Assembly (NCBI GenBank): GCA_039770535.1
Contig: JBDMYC010000072.1
Location: 1 to 32,798 of the forward strand
DNA length: 32,798 bases
Direction of reading: 5' to 3'
Source of the DNA: Flavobacteriales bacterium
GTDB taxonomy: Bacteria; Bacteroidota; Bacteroidia; Flavobacteriales_D; CAJJDF01
Numbering within the stretch: the first letter of the stretch is position 1; each line of letters opens with the position of its first letter. Shown piece after piece: positions 16,623 through 26,395 of this stretch. The notes below the pieces were generated by a model. That model saw nothing but the letters and a program-made list of their open reading frames with translations. It had not been told where the DNA came from and did not search any database. The position numbers and the translations under genes are program-made.

Positions 16623-18559
16623 TTGTAGCTTCCAATCATTCTTATTCCTTTTCTGATGATTTTAATGTCTGTGAAAATAGAATAGTCTTTTGCGTAAACG
16701 GTATTTAATTTGTCTTTGTCCACAAACTCCATATTCAAATTTAAAGAATCCTTCAAGGATAAAACACCCGATTTGATAACCGGTAAATTCTCGACATTCC
16801 CGCTATAACCTACCATAGATTTTTTGCCAAAAAGCACTGCAAAAACATTGCTGAAATAATGAGATTTTTCTTTTTGAAACCAAAATAAAATAGGGGAGAA
16901 AAGAATGCATTTGAGGCTTGTTATTACATCAAGTAAACGTTTGATTTTTCTATTTTCTGCACTTTCTATTCCTTTTACTTTTATGGTATGGAGTTCTCCA
17001 GAAGTATTTAAATCAGTGCTGCCAAGAACAAACATATCTTGAGTGTGTGCCAATTTAAATTGAATTTCTGCTTCCTGAAATTCTACTAAAGTATCAATTA
17101 CGAGATCGTAGTTTACGTTTTCCGAGCAGAAAATAGCTTCATTGATTCGGTATTTATTTTGTAATTCTTGCAATTGATTGATGTTACCTAAAAACTCTTC
17201 ATCTTGCGATTGCTTGGGAGAAATAGTACCCACAATTGAGGAATATAATTGTGTGTGTTCTACCAATACTTTTACTTTTTCACTCTCTTGTTTTTCTCCA
17301 ATAATTGCAATTTTTTTTCTAAAGAAATTGATTTTATATTTCTTGATTTTGAAGAAATGAAGAATCCACCTCACGAACGTAAGACCAAACATAATAATGG
17401 TAATTCCAAGTAGAGCTTTCGGAATAGTGAAATAATAATAATCTGACACGAAAGCATAGACAATGCTATTGAGAATGGCTCCAACAAAAACTCCTTTGGC
17501 AACTTTTTGTAGTTTCACGGGTCTTTCGTATCCTCCGGAGAAGTGCAATGCAATGAGTATTAATAAGGAAAATACAGCAAATGAAATGTTGATAAGTGGA
17601 GGTTGGTCAAATAAACCAGTATCGGATTGGTATAATACTTTTAGCACATGAAGACCAAAGAAAACTGTGCAAAAATCTATCACAGGTAAGAAAAAAAGTT
17701 CAAAGAATCGCTTCACCAAGGCTAAAGCTGCACTGAAAAAAATAGCAACTTTAATCAGTTTAGAAAATAGACTAGCTTTAGAGGTTTCGAAATGCTTTTT
17801 TGCAAAAATTGCCATAGCTTTGTAAAACACAAATACGTAGTTTACAGAGCTTTTCTTTGTGCTTTCTCCTTTGTAATGTATAATTGTTGTGTCGGGAAAA
17901 TAGTAATTGTTGTAGCCTCCTTGTGTGATTCTGTAAGAGAGATCAATGTCTTCGCCATACATAAAGAAATCTTCATCAAGCAATCCTACTTTATTGAGAG
18001 TTTCCATTCTCATCATCATAAATGCACCCGAAAGGACTTCTATTTGATGGGTTTTATTCTTGTCTAAATATCCCAAATGGTACCTTCCGTATTTTTTAGA
18101 TTTTGGAAAAAGACGAGAAAGACCAAAAATCTTATAAAAAGCAACATCAGGAGTGGGCAAACCTCTTTTGGATTCTGGAAGAAATTTTCCATTTCCATCA
18201 ATCATTTTTACACCTAATCCTCCGCAGTCTGGAGTGTTGTCCATAAATGCGATTGTTTTCTCAAAAGTATCACTTTTTACTAAAGTATCAGGATTCAGTA
18301 AAACGACATAGTCTGTAAGAGTATCTTTAATCGCTTGATTGTTAGCAGTAGAAAAACCGACATTAACTTTATTGGCGATAACTTTTACTTCGGGAAATGA
18401 TTCTCGCACCATTTCCACCGAGCCATCTTTGGAGTCATTATCTACTACATAAACATCCAATTCATTAAGCACAGTAGAATTGTATACTGACTCCAAGCAC
18501 TGCTTGAGAAAGTACTTTACGTTATAGTTGACTATGATTACGGCTAATTTCACCTTCAA
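16619..18559 (-). CDS. Family 2 glycosyltransferase fused to a multi-TM region and a degenerate sugar-phosphotransferase-like C-terminal region, 646 aa
   Basis: N-terminal GT2 (AVIIVNYN, VVDNDSKDGS, NVGFSTANN, GAFMMMR, FFMYGEDIDL). About 4-5 TM helices lie at aa 265-400. The C-terminal region has WbaP-like landmarks (IAIIGEK, KRLLDVITSLKCILFSPILFWF, LFGKKSMVGY). There is no ATG; the start is TTG 18559 or GTG 18553. Confidence 0.85.
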   Translation of the reverse strand: MKVKLAVIIVNYNVKYFLKQCLESVYNSTVLNELDVYVVDNDSKDGSVEMVRESFPEVKVIANKVNVGFSTANNQAIKDTLTDYVVLLNPDTLVKSDTFEKTIAFMDNTPDCGGLGVKMIDGNGKFLPESKRGLPTPDVAFYKIFGLSRLFPKSKKYGRYHLGYLDKNKTHQIEVLSGAFMMMRMETLNKVGLLDEDFFMYGEDIDLSYRITQGGYNNYYFPDTTIIHYKGESTKKSSVNYVFVFYKAMAIFAKKHFETSKASLFSKLIKVAIFFSAALALVKRFFELFFLPVIDFCTVFFGLHVLKVLYQSDTGLFDQPPLINISFAVFSLLILIALHFSGGYERPVKLQKVAKGVFVGAILNSIVYAFVSDYYYFTIPKALLGITIIMFGLTFVRWILHFFKIKKYKINFFRKKIAIIGEKQESEKVKVLVEHTQLYSSIVGTISPKQSQDEEFLGNINQLQELQNKYRINEAIFCSENVNYDLVIDTLVEFQEAEIQFKLAHTQDMFVLGSTDLNTSGELHTIKVKGIESAENRKIKRLLDVITSLKCILFSPILFWFQKEKSHYFSNVFAVLFGKKSMVGYSGNVENLPVIKSGVLSLKDSLNLNMEFVDKDKLNTVYAKDYSIFTDIKIIRKGIRMIGSYN

Positions 18560-18738
18560 ATTTAAAAAGATTACTCCGTAAAACGAATAAAATTAATCTC
18601 GATTGTAAAAACCAACCTATATATGTTAATTATGAAGAAAATATTGGTTTCTACATTCGAGAAAAATTAAAGTAAATCTACCTGTGAAACAGACAAAAGC
18701 AGAATCCTGAATTACAGATTGGTTTGATAAAAAAAAGT

Positions 18739-20421
18739 TTAATGTTTAAGTAGTTTCTTCAGTACAATTTGATTTTTAGCATTCGTTACACGAACCAGAT
18801 AAATTCCTGAAGTCAAGCGAGAAATATCAATGTCGTTATTTGAGCTAATCTCAAATTCTGAAACGACTAGTTTTCCATCTATAGAAAGTATACTTCCTGT
18901 TAAGATTTCGTTAGTTTCGTTTTCTATTTTAAAAGAGTGAGTAGCAGGATTTGGATACAAGGCCACATCATTTTGTGACAGTGTTAATTCTTTTTGAGAT
19001 AACACAAATGACCCGCAAAATGCTGGAATAGAATCTGTATAGAATTGCTGAACCGTTTGAATATCTCTATATAATTTATCTACACTTTCTAGATTTCCAG
19101 AATCATTTCTTGAGAAAACGTAGGCAATGTCTACTTCATGAACTTGGCCCGGAGTCAATGTTATTGGTGCTACAGAACCTAACATTCTTCTATCTCCAGC
19201 TGGGTTTGAGGCAGAAACTTCATTCCAAGGAGCTCTTCCGCTTGGAGGTAAATACGGAAACATATATTTTGTAATGTTTGTCGGCACAGGTGGAGCAGAG
19301 GATGGTGCACCATAATAGATGGGTGTTCCATCTCTGTTGCGTCCATTCATGGAATTATAGGCTTTTTCTATTTCATTCAATTGGCTAGGGGCAGCAGTAT
19401 TATTATAATAAACAGAAGCGTTAATGGATTTATTTAAAAATGTAACTCCTTGAGCTGGAGGATTTATCCCGTAAGGATTTGAATTTCCGGAGCAATTATC
19501 ATCAGTCTGATCTGCGTTATAGCCAAAGTAAGAATTTAAACTTGGCATTGATCCTATGTAATCATCTTGGGCGCATCCAATGTCAAAATCAGTTTGTTGA
19601 GCTACAATAAAATCAGTATAAGTTGCACTGCTTCTGTTAATTATGTCTCTTCCTACAAAAATTGTGTTACTCAAAGGATTTGAAGAATCTCTTTTGAATG
19701 AATAAACCTCTGTGTGTATTTCTAATCCTAATTCTGTCCTTGTTGTGTCGTCTCCTCTATCGTTAATGACAAACCAGCAGTATTGATCTCCTTTAATGCA
19801 AGGGTAATCTCCTTGAGAAGGGCTGTAAATTCCGTCCGAATCATAATCAAAAAACGGAGCTAAGTAAAAATCTTGTCCCAAAGAAACAACTCCATGTGCT
19901 GGCCAATTTATTATTGAGTTAGGAATCGTATATCCAGGAAAACTAATTGAAACATCACATGACGGATCTTGGAAGCAGTTAAAAAACCTTACAAATATTT
20001 CAATTTCCCATTTTTCAACACAGAATACTTTTTCCCATTTTGCTTTTTCAGTTTCAGAAATAGTTGCAGCACCATAATCTCTATAAAAAGGGGGGATTGT
20101 TCCAGTTCCTATTGTAGCAGAAAGTGGTCCTGTAGAAAAAGTATTTACGATAGAATTGAATTTATAAGCTTGCTGAGAACCGCACAATGCTGTATCAGAG
20201 CTTCTTATTCCTCCCACCCAAAGAGCAGAAGAAAATAGAGTTGACAGCCCAGAGCCTTTAATAGCTTCAAAATATAGATTCGTATCTGGCGCTAAAGTTT
20301 GAAACATCACATTGGACGGGTTGATTGTAACACTAATGTTATTTACGGCAAGTTGTCCGGTTTGAGAAAAAGTTGGGTTAATACAAAGTAAGAAGGAGGT
20401 TAGTGTGATTAGAGTTTTCAT
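18739..20421 (-). CDS. Secreted protein of unknown function with a T9SS (Por) C-terminal sorting domain
   Basis: Signal peptide MKTLITLTSFLLCINPTFSQ. The C-terminal roughly 80 aa match the type A T9SS CTD pattern (VALYPNPATHSFKIE ... LTSGIYLVRVTNAKNQIVLKKLLK). Confidence 0.8.
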   Translation of the reverse strand: MKTLITLTSFLLCINPTFSQTGQLAVNNISVTINPSNVMFQTLAPDTNLYFEAIKGSGLSTLFSSALWVGGIRSSDTALCGSQQAYKFNSIVNTFSTGPLSATIGTGTIPPFYRDYGAATISETEKAKWEKVFCVEKWEIEIFVRFFNCFQDPSCDVSISFPGYTIPNSIINWPAHGVVSLGQDFYLAPFFDYDSDGIYSPSQGDYPCIKGDQYCWFVINDRGDDTTRTELGLEIHTEVYSFKRDSSNPLSNTIFVGRDIINRSSATYTDFIVAQQTDFDIGCAQDDYIGSMPSLNSYFGYNADQTDDNCSGNSNPYGINPPAQGVTFLNKSINASVYYNNTAAPSQLNEIEKAYNSMNGRNRDGTPIYYGAPSSAPPVPTNITKYMFPYLPPSGRAPWNEVSASNPAGDRRMLGSVAPITLTPGQVHEVDIAYVFSRNDSGNLESVDKLYRDIQTVQQFYTDSIPAFCGSFVLSQKELTLSQNDVALYPNPATHSFKIENETNEILTGSILSIDGKLVVSEFEISSNNDIDISRLTSGIYLVRVTNAKNQIVLKKLLKH

Positions 20422-20625
20422 AAGGCACTGTTTTTTATTCGTGTATTCAATTATACGTAGAATAATTTAAGATGCATTCAGCTAATTATTTAAGGGTAGG
20501 TTCCATTTTTTTAACGGTATTAGAAGATAATTAATCGGTTTTACACCATTTTGGTGTTTATAGGTGAAATAAAATTAGAATAGCATATAAAAATAGGGGG
20601 TGTGTTAATAAAAATGAGAGTAATT

Positions 20626-20658
20626 TTGATTCAGACCCCTAAATAAAAGATATATTTG
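20626..20658 (+). promoter_or_regulatory. Bacteroidota-type promoter candidate upstream of the GSIII gene
   Basis: TTG at 20626-20628, a 22-nt spacer, then TATATTTG at 20651-20658, ending 28 nt upstream of ATG 20687. A second TAnnTTTG match (TAATTTTG, 20621-20628) overlaps the -33 element, so the assignment is ambiguous. Confidence 0.4.
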
Positions 20659-20686
20659 TAATATAATTTAAAAAACAACTCCTAAA

Positions 20687-22873
20687 ATGGCGCAAACTAG
20701 ATTCAAAGCATTAGAAACTATTGATAGTAGAAAAGCAAAACATATAGAAATCACACCCGGAAAAATATCTGATATTTTTGCAAAAGATGTGTTCACGGAC
20801 AATAAAATGAGAGATCATGTATCGGGAGAGGTTTTTAAAAGCGTACAAAAATCTATTCATGATGGAACTAGAATAGACAGAGAAGTTGCAAATCAAGTTG
20901 CTAACGCTATGAAAGAGTGGGCTTTGAAAAGAGGCGTAACTCATTACACACACTGGTTTCAGCCGCTAACAGGAAGTACTGCAGAAAAACATGATGCGTT
21001 TTTTGAGACTTCAGAAAATGGAGCCATAGAAAAATTTAGAGGAGAATTACTGGTACAACAAGAGCCAGATGCATCCAGTTTTCCTAACGGAGGAATAAGA
21101 AATACATTTGAAGCAAGAGGATACACAGCTTGGGATCCTTCTTCGCCTGCATTCATTATGGGAACTACTTTATGTATTCCTACTATTTTTATTGCATACA
21201 CAGGAGAAGCTTTGGATAATAAAATGCCTTTATTGAAAGCATTGAACAAAGTGGACGAAGCTGCAACTGCAGTTTGTAAATATTTTGACAAAAACGTGAA
21301 CAAAGTACAAGCAACTTTGGGTTGGGAGCAAGAATATTTTTTGATTGATGCAGCTTTATACAATGCCCGTCCAGATATCATGATGACTGGAAGAGCGCTT
21401 TTTGGACACAAACCTGCCAAAGGACAACAACTTGATGATCATTATTTTGGAACTATTTCGGAGCGTGTTACTTCTTTTATGAGAGATTTTGAAAAGCAAT
21501 CTTTGAGATTAGGAATACCAGTAAAAACTAGGCACAATGAAGTAGCACCAAATCAATTTGAATGCGCTCCAATTTTTGAGGAAACCAACCTAGCGGTGGA
21601 TCACAATTTATTATTAATGGATGTGATGGACAAAGTTGCAGAGGAGCATAATTTCAGAGTATTATTGCATGAAAAACCTTTCGCAGGTCTCAATGGATCT
21701 GGGAAACACAATAATTGGTCACTATCTACCAACACGGGTGTAAACTTATTACAGCCAGGTAAAAACCCAAAAGAAAACATCAGATTCCTTACTTTCTTTG
21801 TCAATACAATCAAAGCTATTCACGATTATTCTGATATTTTGAGATCAAGTATTGCAACAGCAAGTAACGACCACAGATTGGGAGCAAACGAAGCGCCACC
21901 TGCAATTATTTCTGTATTCATTGGTCAGCAATTAACAAAAATGTTAGATGATCTGGAGAAAAACGTAAAGTCAGGTACCATGACTCCAGATGAAAAAACA
22001 GCATTGAAACTGAACATTGGAAAAATTCCTGAGTTGATGCTTGATAATACGGACAGAAACAGAACTTCTCCTTTTGCATTTACTGGTAATAAATTCGAGT
22101 TTAGGGCAGTAGGTTCTACGGCAAACTGCGCAACTCCAATGATTGCTCTCAATACAATTATAGCTCGCCAATTAGAAGAATTCAAAGTGGAGGTAGACAA
22201 GAGAATTGAAAAAGGAGAAAAGAAAGACATGGCTATTCTCAAAGTGCTACAAAAACAAATTAAAGAGTCTAAGAAAATCAGATTTGAAGGAAATGGTTAC
22301 GGAGACGAATGGGTGAAAGAGGCTGAGAAAAGAGGACTTTCTAACTTGAAAGATACGCCAAGAGCAGTGAATAAAGTTTCTGATAAAAAATATGTAGATT
22401 TATTCAGAGATATGGGTATTTTCTCGGAAGTGGAATACCATGCAAGGCAAGAAATTCAGCTTGAAATGTATCAAATGCAGATTCAGATTGAAGGAAGAAT
22501 GTTGGGCGATTTGGCACAAAATCATATCATTCCTGCAGCTGTTAAATACCAAAACTTGTTACTTCAAAATGTAACAGGAATGCAATCAGTTTTTGGAGAT
22601 AAACAAGCTAAAACAATGTCTTATACGCAATTGAGTATTCTAGAAGAGTTGTCGACTCATTTGACTGAGGTGAAAAAGAAACTAGAAAAAATGTTGAATA
22701 ATAGAAAAAAGGCAAATAAAATGGACGATCCTTATAAAAAAGCTTGTGCCTATTGTGACACTGTAAAAATACATTTTGACGACATTGCTTACCACCTAAA
22801 TAAATTAGAGATTTTGGTAGATGATGAATTATGGCCAATGCCAAAATTGAGAGAGTTGCTTTTCACTAAGTAA
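20687..22873 (+). CDS. glnN: Glutamine synthetase type III (GSIII), 728 aa
   Basis: Size and N-terminal region are typical of GSIII (VTHYTHWFQPLTGSTAEKHDAFF). Catalytic-domain motifs are present (GWEQEYFLID, HNEVAPNQFE, GSGKHNNWSL, NDHRLGANEAPP, NRTSPFAFTGNKFEFR). Confidence 0.95.
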   Translation: MAQTRFKALETIDSRKAKHIEITPGKISDIFAKDVFTDNKMRDHVSGEVFKSVQKSIHDGTRIDREVANQVANAMKEWALKRGVTHYTHWFQPLTGSTAEKHDAFFETSENGAIEKFRGELLVQQEPDASSFPNGGIRNTFEARGYTAWDPSSPAFIMGTTLCIPTIFIAYTGEALDNKMPLLKALNKVDEAATAVCKYFDKNVNKVQATLGWEQEYFLIDAALYNARPDIMMTGRALFGHKPAKGQQLDDHYFGTISERVTSFMRDFEKQSLRLGIPVKTRHNEVAPNQFECAPIFEETNLAVDHNLLLMDVMDKVAEEHNFRVLLHEKPFAGLNGSGKHNNWSLSTNTGVNLLQPGKNPKENIRFLTFFVNTIKAIHDYSDILRSSIATASNDHRLGANEAPPAIISVFIGQQLTKMLDDLEKNVKSGTMTPDEKTALKLNIGKIPELMLDNTDRNRTSPFAFTGNKFEFRAVGSTANCATPMIALNTIIARQLEEFKVEVDKRIEKGEKKDMAILKVLQKQIKESKKIRFEGNGYGDEWVKEAEKRGLSNLKDTPRAVNKVSDKKYVDLFRDMGIFSEVEYHARQEIQLEMYQMQIQIEGRMLGDLAQNHIIPAAVKYQNLLLQNVTGMQSVFGDKQAKTMSYTQLSILEELSTHLTEVKKKLEKMLNNRKKANKMDDPYKKACAYCDTVKIHFDDIAYHLNKLEILVDDELWPMPKLRELLFTK

Positions 22874-22893
22874 CTAGAATTTAACAAATAGCA

Positions 22894-22929
22894 AGGAGGA
22901 AATTATCACATAGTTTCCTCCTTTTTTTT
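22894..22929 (+). terminator. Rho-independent terminator after glnN
   Basis: AGGAGGAAA (22894-22902) pairs perfectly with TTTCCTCCT (22914-22922), with an 11-nt loop. The T-run extends to 22929. Confidence 0.7.
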
Positions 22930-22965
22930 GTAATTTTATAAAAAAAAACATTCAATTTAATTCTT

Positions 22966-25368
22966 GTGATAAAAAAAATAGGCCTACTTGTCATTTTTAG
23001 TTGCTTCTCTTTGTTTGGTATTGGTCAAAAAAGTACCATCAGTGGAACCGTAAAAGACGCTCAATCGGGTGAAGATTTAATTAGCGCAACTATTTATGTT
23101 GAAGAATTAAAAACTGGAGTAACAACCAATGTATATGGATTCTATTCATTAACAATTCCTAATGGAAAGTACAAGATAAAGTTTTCATTTATAGGCTATA
23201 AAGATGTTTATAAAACAATTGATATAAAGCAAAGCACCAAAATTAATGTAGAGTTGAATCCTTCAGACGTATTTATAGAAGAATTCAAAGTCGAGGCCGA
23301 ACAAGGAGATGCTAATGTGCAGGGAACACAGATGGGAACAGTAGAATTGGATGTGGAGCAATTGAAAACAATTCCTGCATTCATGGGAGAAGTTGATATT
23401 TTGAAATCTATTCAATTGTTACCAGGAATTCAATCTGCTGGTGAGGGAAGCACAGGGTTTTACGTAAGAGGAGGAGGGCCTGACCAAAATTTAATTCTGT
23501 TAGACGAAGCGGTCGTTTACAATGCAGCCCATTTATTTGGTTTTTTCTCGGTCTTTAATGCAGACGCCATCAAAAATGTGAATGTGGTGAAGGGAGGGAT
23601 GCCAGCAAATTATGGAGGAAGATTGTCTTCTGTGCTTGATATTACCATGAAAGAAGGCAATAGCAAAAAGTTTGAAGCTGATGGAGGAATAGGAGTAATT
23701 GCATCTCGACTTACTTTACAAGGACCAATTCAAAAAAACAAAAGCTCTTTTTTGATCTCAGGACGAAGAACTTATATATCTGAATTAGCAACTCCATTTG
23801 TTAAAGAGTCAAGTCCATTCAAAGGCTCAGGATACTATTTTTATGATTTGAACGCTAAATTGAATTACCAAATATCAGACAAGGATAGGCTGTATCTGAG
23901 CGGATATTTTGGGAAAGACGTTTTTAATTACAATCAATCTGAATCAGGTTTTTCTGTAGAAATTCCTTGGGGAAATGCAACAGCATCTATGAGGTGGAAC
24001 CATTTATTTTCAGATAAATTGTTCATGAATACCACAGCTATTTTTAGTAAATATGATTTCACATTTAAAGGAGGTCAAGACGATTTTCAGTTTGGTTTAT
24101 TCTCTGGAATCCGAGATTGGAATTTGAAATCTGATTTTAGCTATTATCCCAACCCAAAACACACGGTAAAATTTGGGGCTAATTATACCTATCATACTTT
24201 TATTCCTAATAACGTGACTGCTGTGCAGGGAGAAACAGAGTTTGATTTGGGAGGAGCAGTAAGATTATACGCCAATGAAGGAGCATTGTACATTCAAGAC
24301 GATTGGGAAATTACTGAATTGTTTAAAATGAATATTGGGGTTAGAGCTTCAATTTTTCAGCACATTGGACCATTCACAAGATATATCAAAGACAGTGAAG
24401 GAAATACAATTGAAGAAATAAACTACGACAATAACGAACCACTCAAAACCTACATTAGACCAGAGCCAAGAATTACAGGAAGGTATACCTTGGATGAATT
24501 TTCGTCCTTGAAATTTGGCGCAACTCTCAATTATCAATACATGCATTTGGTTTCGGTAGGTGGAAATTCTTTACCTACAGATTTATGGATTCCGAGCACG
24601 GATATTGTAAAGCCGCAACAAGCAAGTCAAATAAATTTGGGTTATTTCAGGAATTTCAAGAAAAACATGTATGAAACGTCTTTAGAAGTTTATTACAAAG
24701 ATTTACGAAATTTAGTAGAGTTTAAAGATGGTGCAGATCCAAGTGATGGTGTTAATGATAATGTAGATAATCTGTTGACTTTTGGAAAAGGTTATTCTTA
24801 TGGAGCAGAGTTGTTTTTGAAAAAAAGTTTGGGAGATTTAACGGGATGGATTGGCTACACTTGGTCTAGAACCAACCGTCAATTTGATGAATTGAATAAT
24901 GGCGAAGAGTACCCAGCAAAATTTGACCGAAGACATGATTTGTCCATCACGGCAAGTTATAAACTGAATGAGAGATGGACTTTTGGAGCTTTGTTCGTTT
25001 ATGCTACGGGTAATTCTATTACTTTGCCAGCAACCAAATATTTTGTAGAGGGAGATTTATTGGTTCAATATGCTGATCGAAATAGTTTCAGAATGGCTCC
25101 CTATCACAGAGCAGATTTATCAGCAACCTATTATTGCAAAGACTACAAAGAATACAAAGACGTGGAAACAGGTGAAATGAAAAGAAAGAAAAAGAGGTTT
25201 ACTTCCAATTGGAATTTCTCAGTTTTTAATGTTTACAACCGCATGAATCCCTACTTTATTTATTTTGATGCAACAGGGAATATTGGAGCAGGATCACTTG
25301 ATGTAGCTGCAATTCAAGTATCGTTATTTCCAGTATTACCTTCAGTAACTTGGAATTTTAAATTTTAG
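22966..25368 (+). CDS. TonB-dependent receptor with N-terminal carboxypeptidase-regulatory-like (CarbopepD_reg) domain, 800 aa
   Basis: GTG start. Signal peptide, then ISGTVKDAQSGEDLISATIYV...GKYKIKFSFIGYK (CarbopepD_reg). The plug follows (ILKSIQLLPGIQSAGEGSTGFYVRGGGPDQNLILLDEAVVYN). The barrel ends in the canonical ...WNFKF. Confidence 0.9.
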   Translation: MIKKIGLLVIFSCFSLFGIGQKSTISGTVKDAQSGEDLISATIYVEELKTGVTTNVYGFYSLTIPNGKYKIKFSFIGYKDVYKTIDIKQSTKINVELNPSDVFIEEFKVEAEQGDANVQGTQMGTVELDVEQLKTIPAFMGEVDILKSIQLLPGIQSAGEGSTGFYVRGGGPDQNLILLDEAVVYNAAHLFGFFSVFNADAIKNVNVVKGGMPANYGGRLSSVLDITMKEGNSKKFEADGGIGVIASRLTLQGPIQKNKSSFLISGRRTYISELATPFVKESSPFKGSGYYFYDLNAKLNYQISDKDRLYLSGYFGKDVFNYNQSESGFSVEIPWGNATASMRWNHLFSDKLFMNTTAIFSKYDFTFKGGQDDFQFGLFSGIRDWNLKSDFSYYPNPKHTVKFGANYTYHTFIPNNVTAVQGETEFDLGGAVRLYANEGALYIQDDWEITELFKMNIGVRASIFQHIGPFTRYIKDSEGNTIEEINYDNNEPLKTYIRPEPRITGRYTLDEFSSLKFGATLNYQYMHLVSVGGNSLPTDLWIPSTDIVKPQQASQINLGYFRNFKKNMYETSLEVYYKDLRNLVEFKDGADPSDGVNDNVDNLLTFGKGYSYGAELFLKKSLGDLTGWIGYTWSRTNRQFDELNNGEEYPAKFDRRHDLSITASYKLNERWTFGALFVYATGNSITLPATKYFVEGDLLVQYADRNSFRMAPYHRADLSATYYCKDYKEYKDVETGEMKRKKKRFTSNWNFSVFNVYNRMNPYFIYFDATGNIGAGSLDVAAIQVSLFPVLPSVTWNFKF

Positions 25369-25372
25369 TACA

Positions 25373-26332
25373 ATGAGAATATTAATCACACTTTTTACAG
25401 TTTTGGTCATGAGTTTATTAAGCTCCTGCGAAAAAGAAATAGATGTAGAATTACCACAAGGTGGTGAAAAATTAATTGTAGAAGGAATGATAGAAATTGA
25501 TGCTTTTCCTTATATCATTCTGAGTAAAACAACCGGTTATTTTGACCCTACGGATGAGCAGTCAGTAGCTAATTCTTATGTGAGTGATGCTACAATCACA
25601 ATAACGGACGGAGTGGTGACCAATACAATGACAAAAATATGTTCTGCCACTTTAACGGATGAACAAAAAGACCAATTAAGTTCTGCATTGGGAGTACCAA
25701 GAGCTATCCTCAATAGTTTCAATATTTGTGGGTTTCTAGATTTGACAATGACTGGACAACCAGGAAAAACGTATTCAATAACAATAGATTATAAAGGAGA
25801 AGAGTACGAAAGTTCAACTACCATCCCAATGCCTGTTCCGCTTGATTCTACTTGGTTTGAAGTGTTCGGAGATAGAGATTCATTGGGATTTGTGTATGCT
25901 AACCTTACAGAGCCGCCAGCTCCCAATAACCAATACAGATGGTTTGCAAAGAGAATAAACAAATATGATTACGGGCCAAATGTGGGCGAAGTGAAAGACC
26001 GTGATTTCAGTACCACAAGATCCTCGGTTTTTGATGATGAGTTTGTGAATGGAACAACATTTGAATTCGGATATGCGAGAACAAGAAGTGGAAGTAGGGC
26101 GGATGATGAACCGCCAGAGAGAGGGTTTTACAAGGTGGGCGACACTGTTGTAGTGAAATTTTGTTCTATAGATAAAAAGGTGTTTGATTTTATAAGCAAT
26201 GCCGAAGAGCAGATTTCTTCCAGCGGGAGTCCCTTTGCTGCGCCAATCAATATTCCGTCAAATATTTCTAATGGAGGACTTGGAGTTTGGGCAGGCTATG
26301 GACAATATTACGACACAATAGTTTGTAAGTGA
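25373..26332 (+). CDS. DUF4249-like lipoprotein, the usual partner of CarbopepD-type TonB receptors
   Basis: Lipobox LLSSC followed by EKEIDVELPQGGEKLIVEGMI, the usual DUF4249 N-terminal pattern. Starts 4 nt after the receptor stop. Confidence 0.7.
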   Translation: MRILITLFTVLVMSLLSSCEKEIDVELPQGGEKLIVEGMIEIDAFPYIILSKTTGYFDPTDEQSVANSYVSDATITITDGVVTNTMTKICSATLTDEQKDQLSSALGVPRAILNSFNICGFLDLTMTGQPGKTYSITIDYKGEEYESSTTIPMPVPLDSTWFEVFGDRDSLGFVYANLTEPPAPNNQYRWFAKRINKYDYGPNVGEVKDRDFSTTRSSVFDDEFVNGTTFEFGYARTRSGSRADDEPPERGFYKVGDTVVVKFCSIDKKVFDFISNAEEQISSSGSPFAAPINIPSNISNGGLGVWAGYGQYYDTIVCK

Positions 26333-26337
26333 AAAGA

Positions 26338-26367
26338 TTGGAGTTTTAACATAAATAGTTATATTTG
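26338..26367 (+). promoter_or_regulatory. Bacteroidota-type promoter candidate for mscL
   Basis: TTG at 26338-26340, a 19-nt spacer, then TATATTTG at 26360-26367, ending 28 nt upstream of ATG 26396. Confidence 0.5.
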
Positions 26368-26395
26368 ATAATACTAACATTAAAAACAAAAAACT

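Noticed and set aside
18557-18564. CAAATTTA, the reverse complement of a perfect TAAATTTG -7 box, at the 5' end of the GT2 gene.
   Set aside because: It overlaps the candidate TTG start codon itself. A transcript starting downstream of it would lack the conserved GT2 N-terminus (AVIIVNYN). It is probably a coincidence in AT-rich sequence.
20543-20557. Perfect small hairpin ACACCA-TTT-TGGTGT in the T9SS-protein/glnN divergent intergenic region.
   Set aside because: The stem is only 6 bp, with no T-run, no conserved flanks and no repeat partner. That is insufficient to call a regulatory RNA or an operator.
20711-22844. Several minus-strand ORFs (80-153 aa) inside the GSIII gene.
   Set aside because: They are antisense shadows of a gene whose + strand translation matches GSIII motifs end to end. 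They have no independent start context or motifs.
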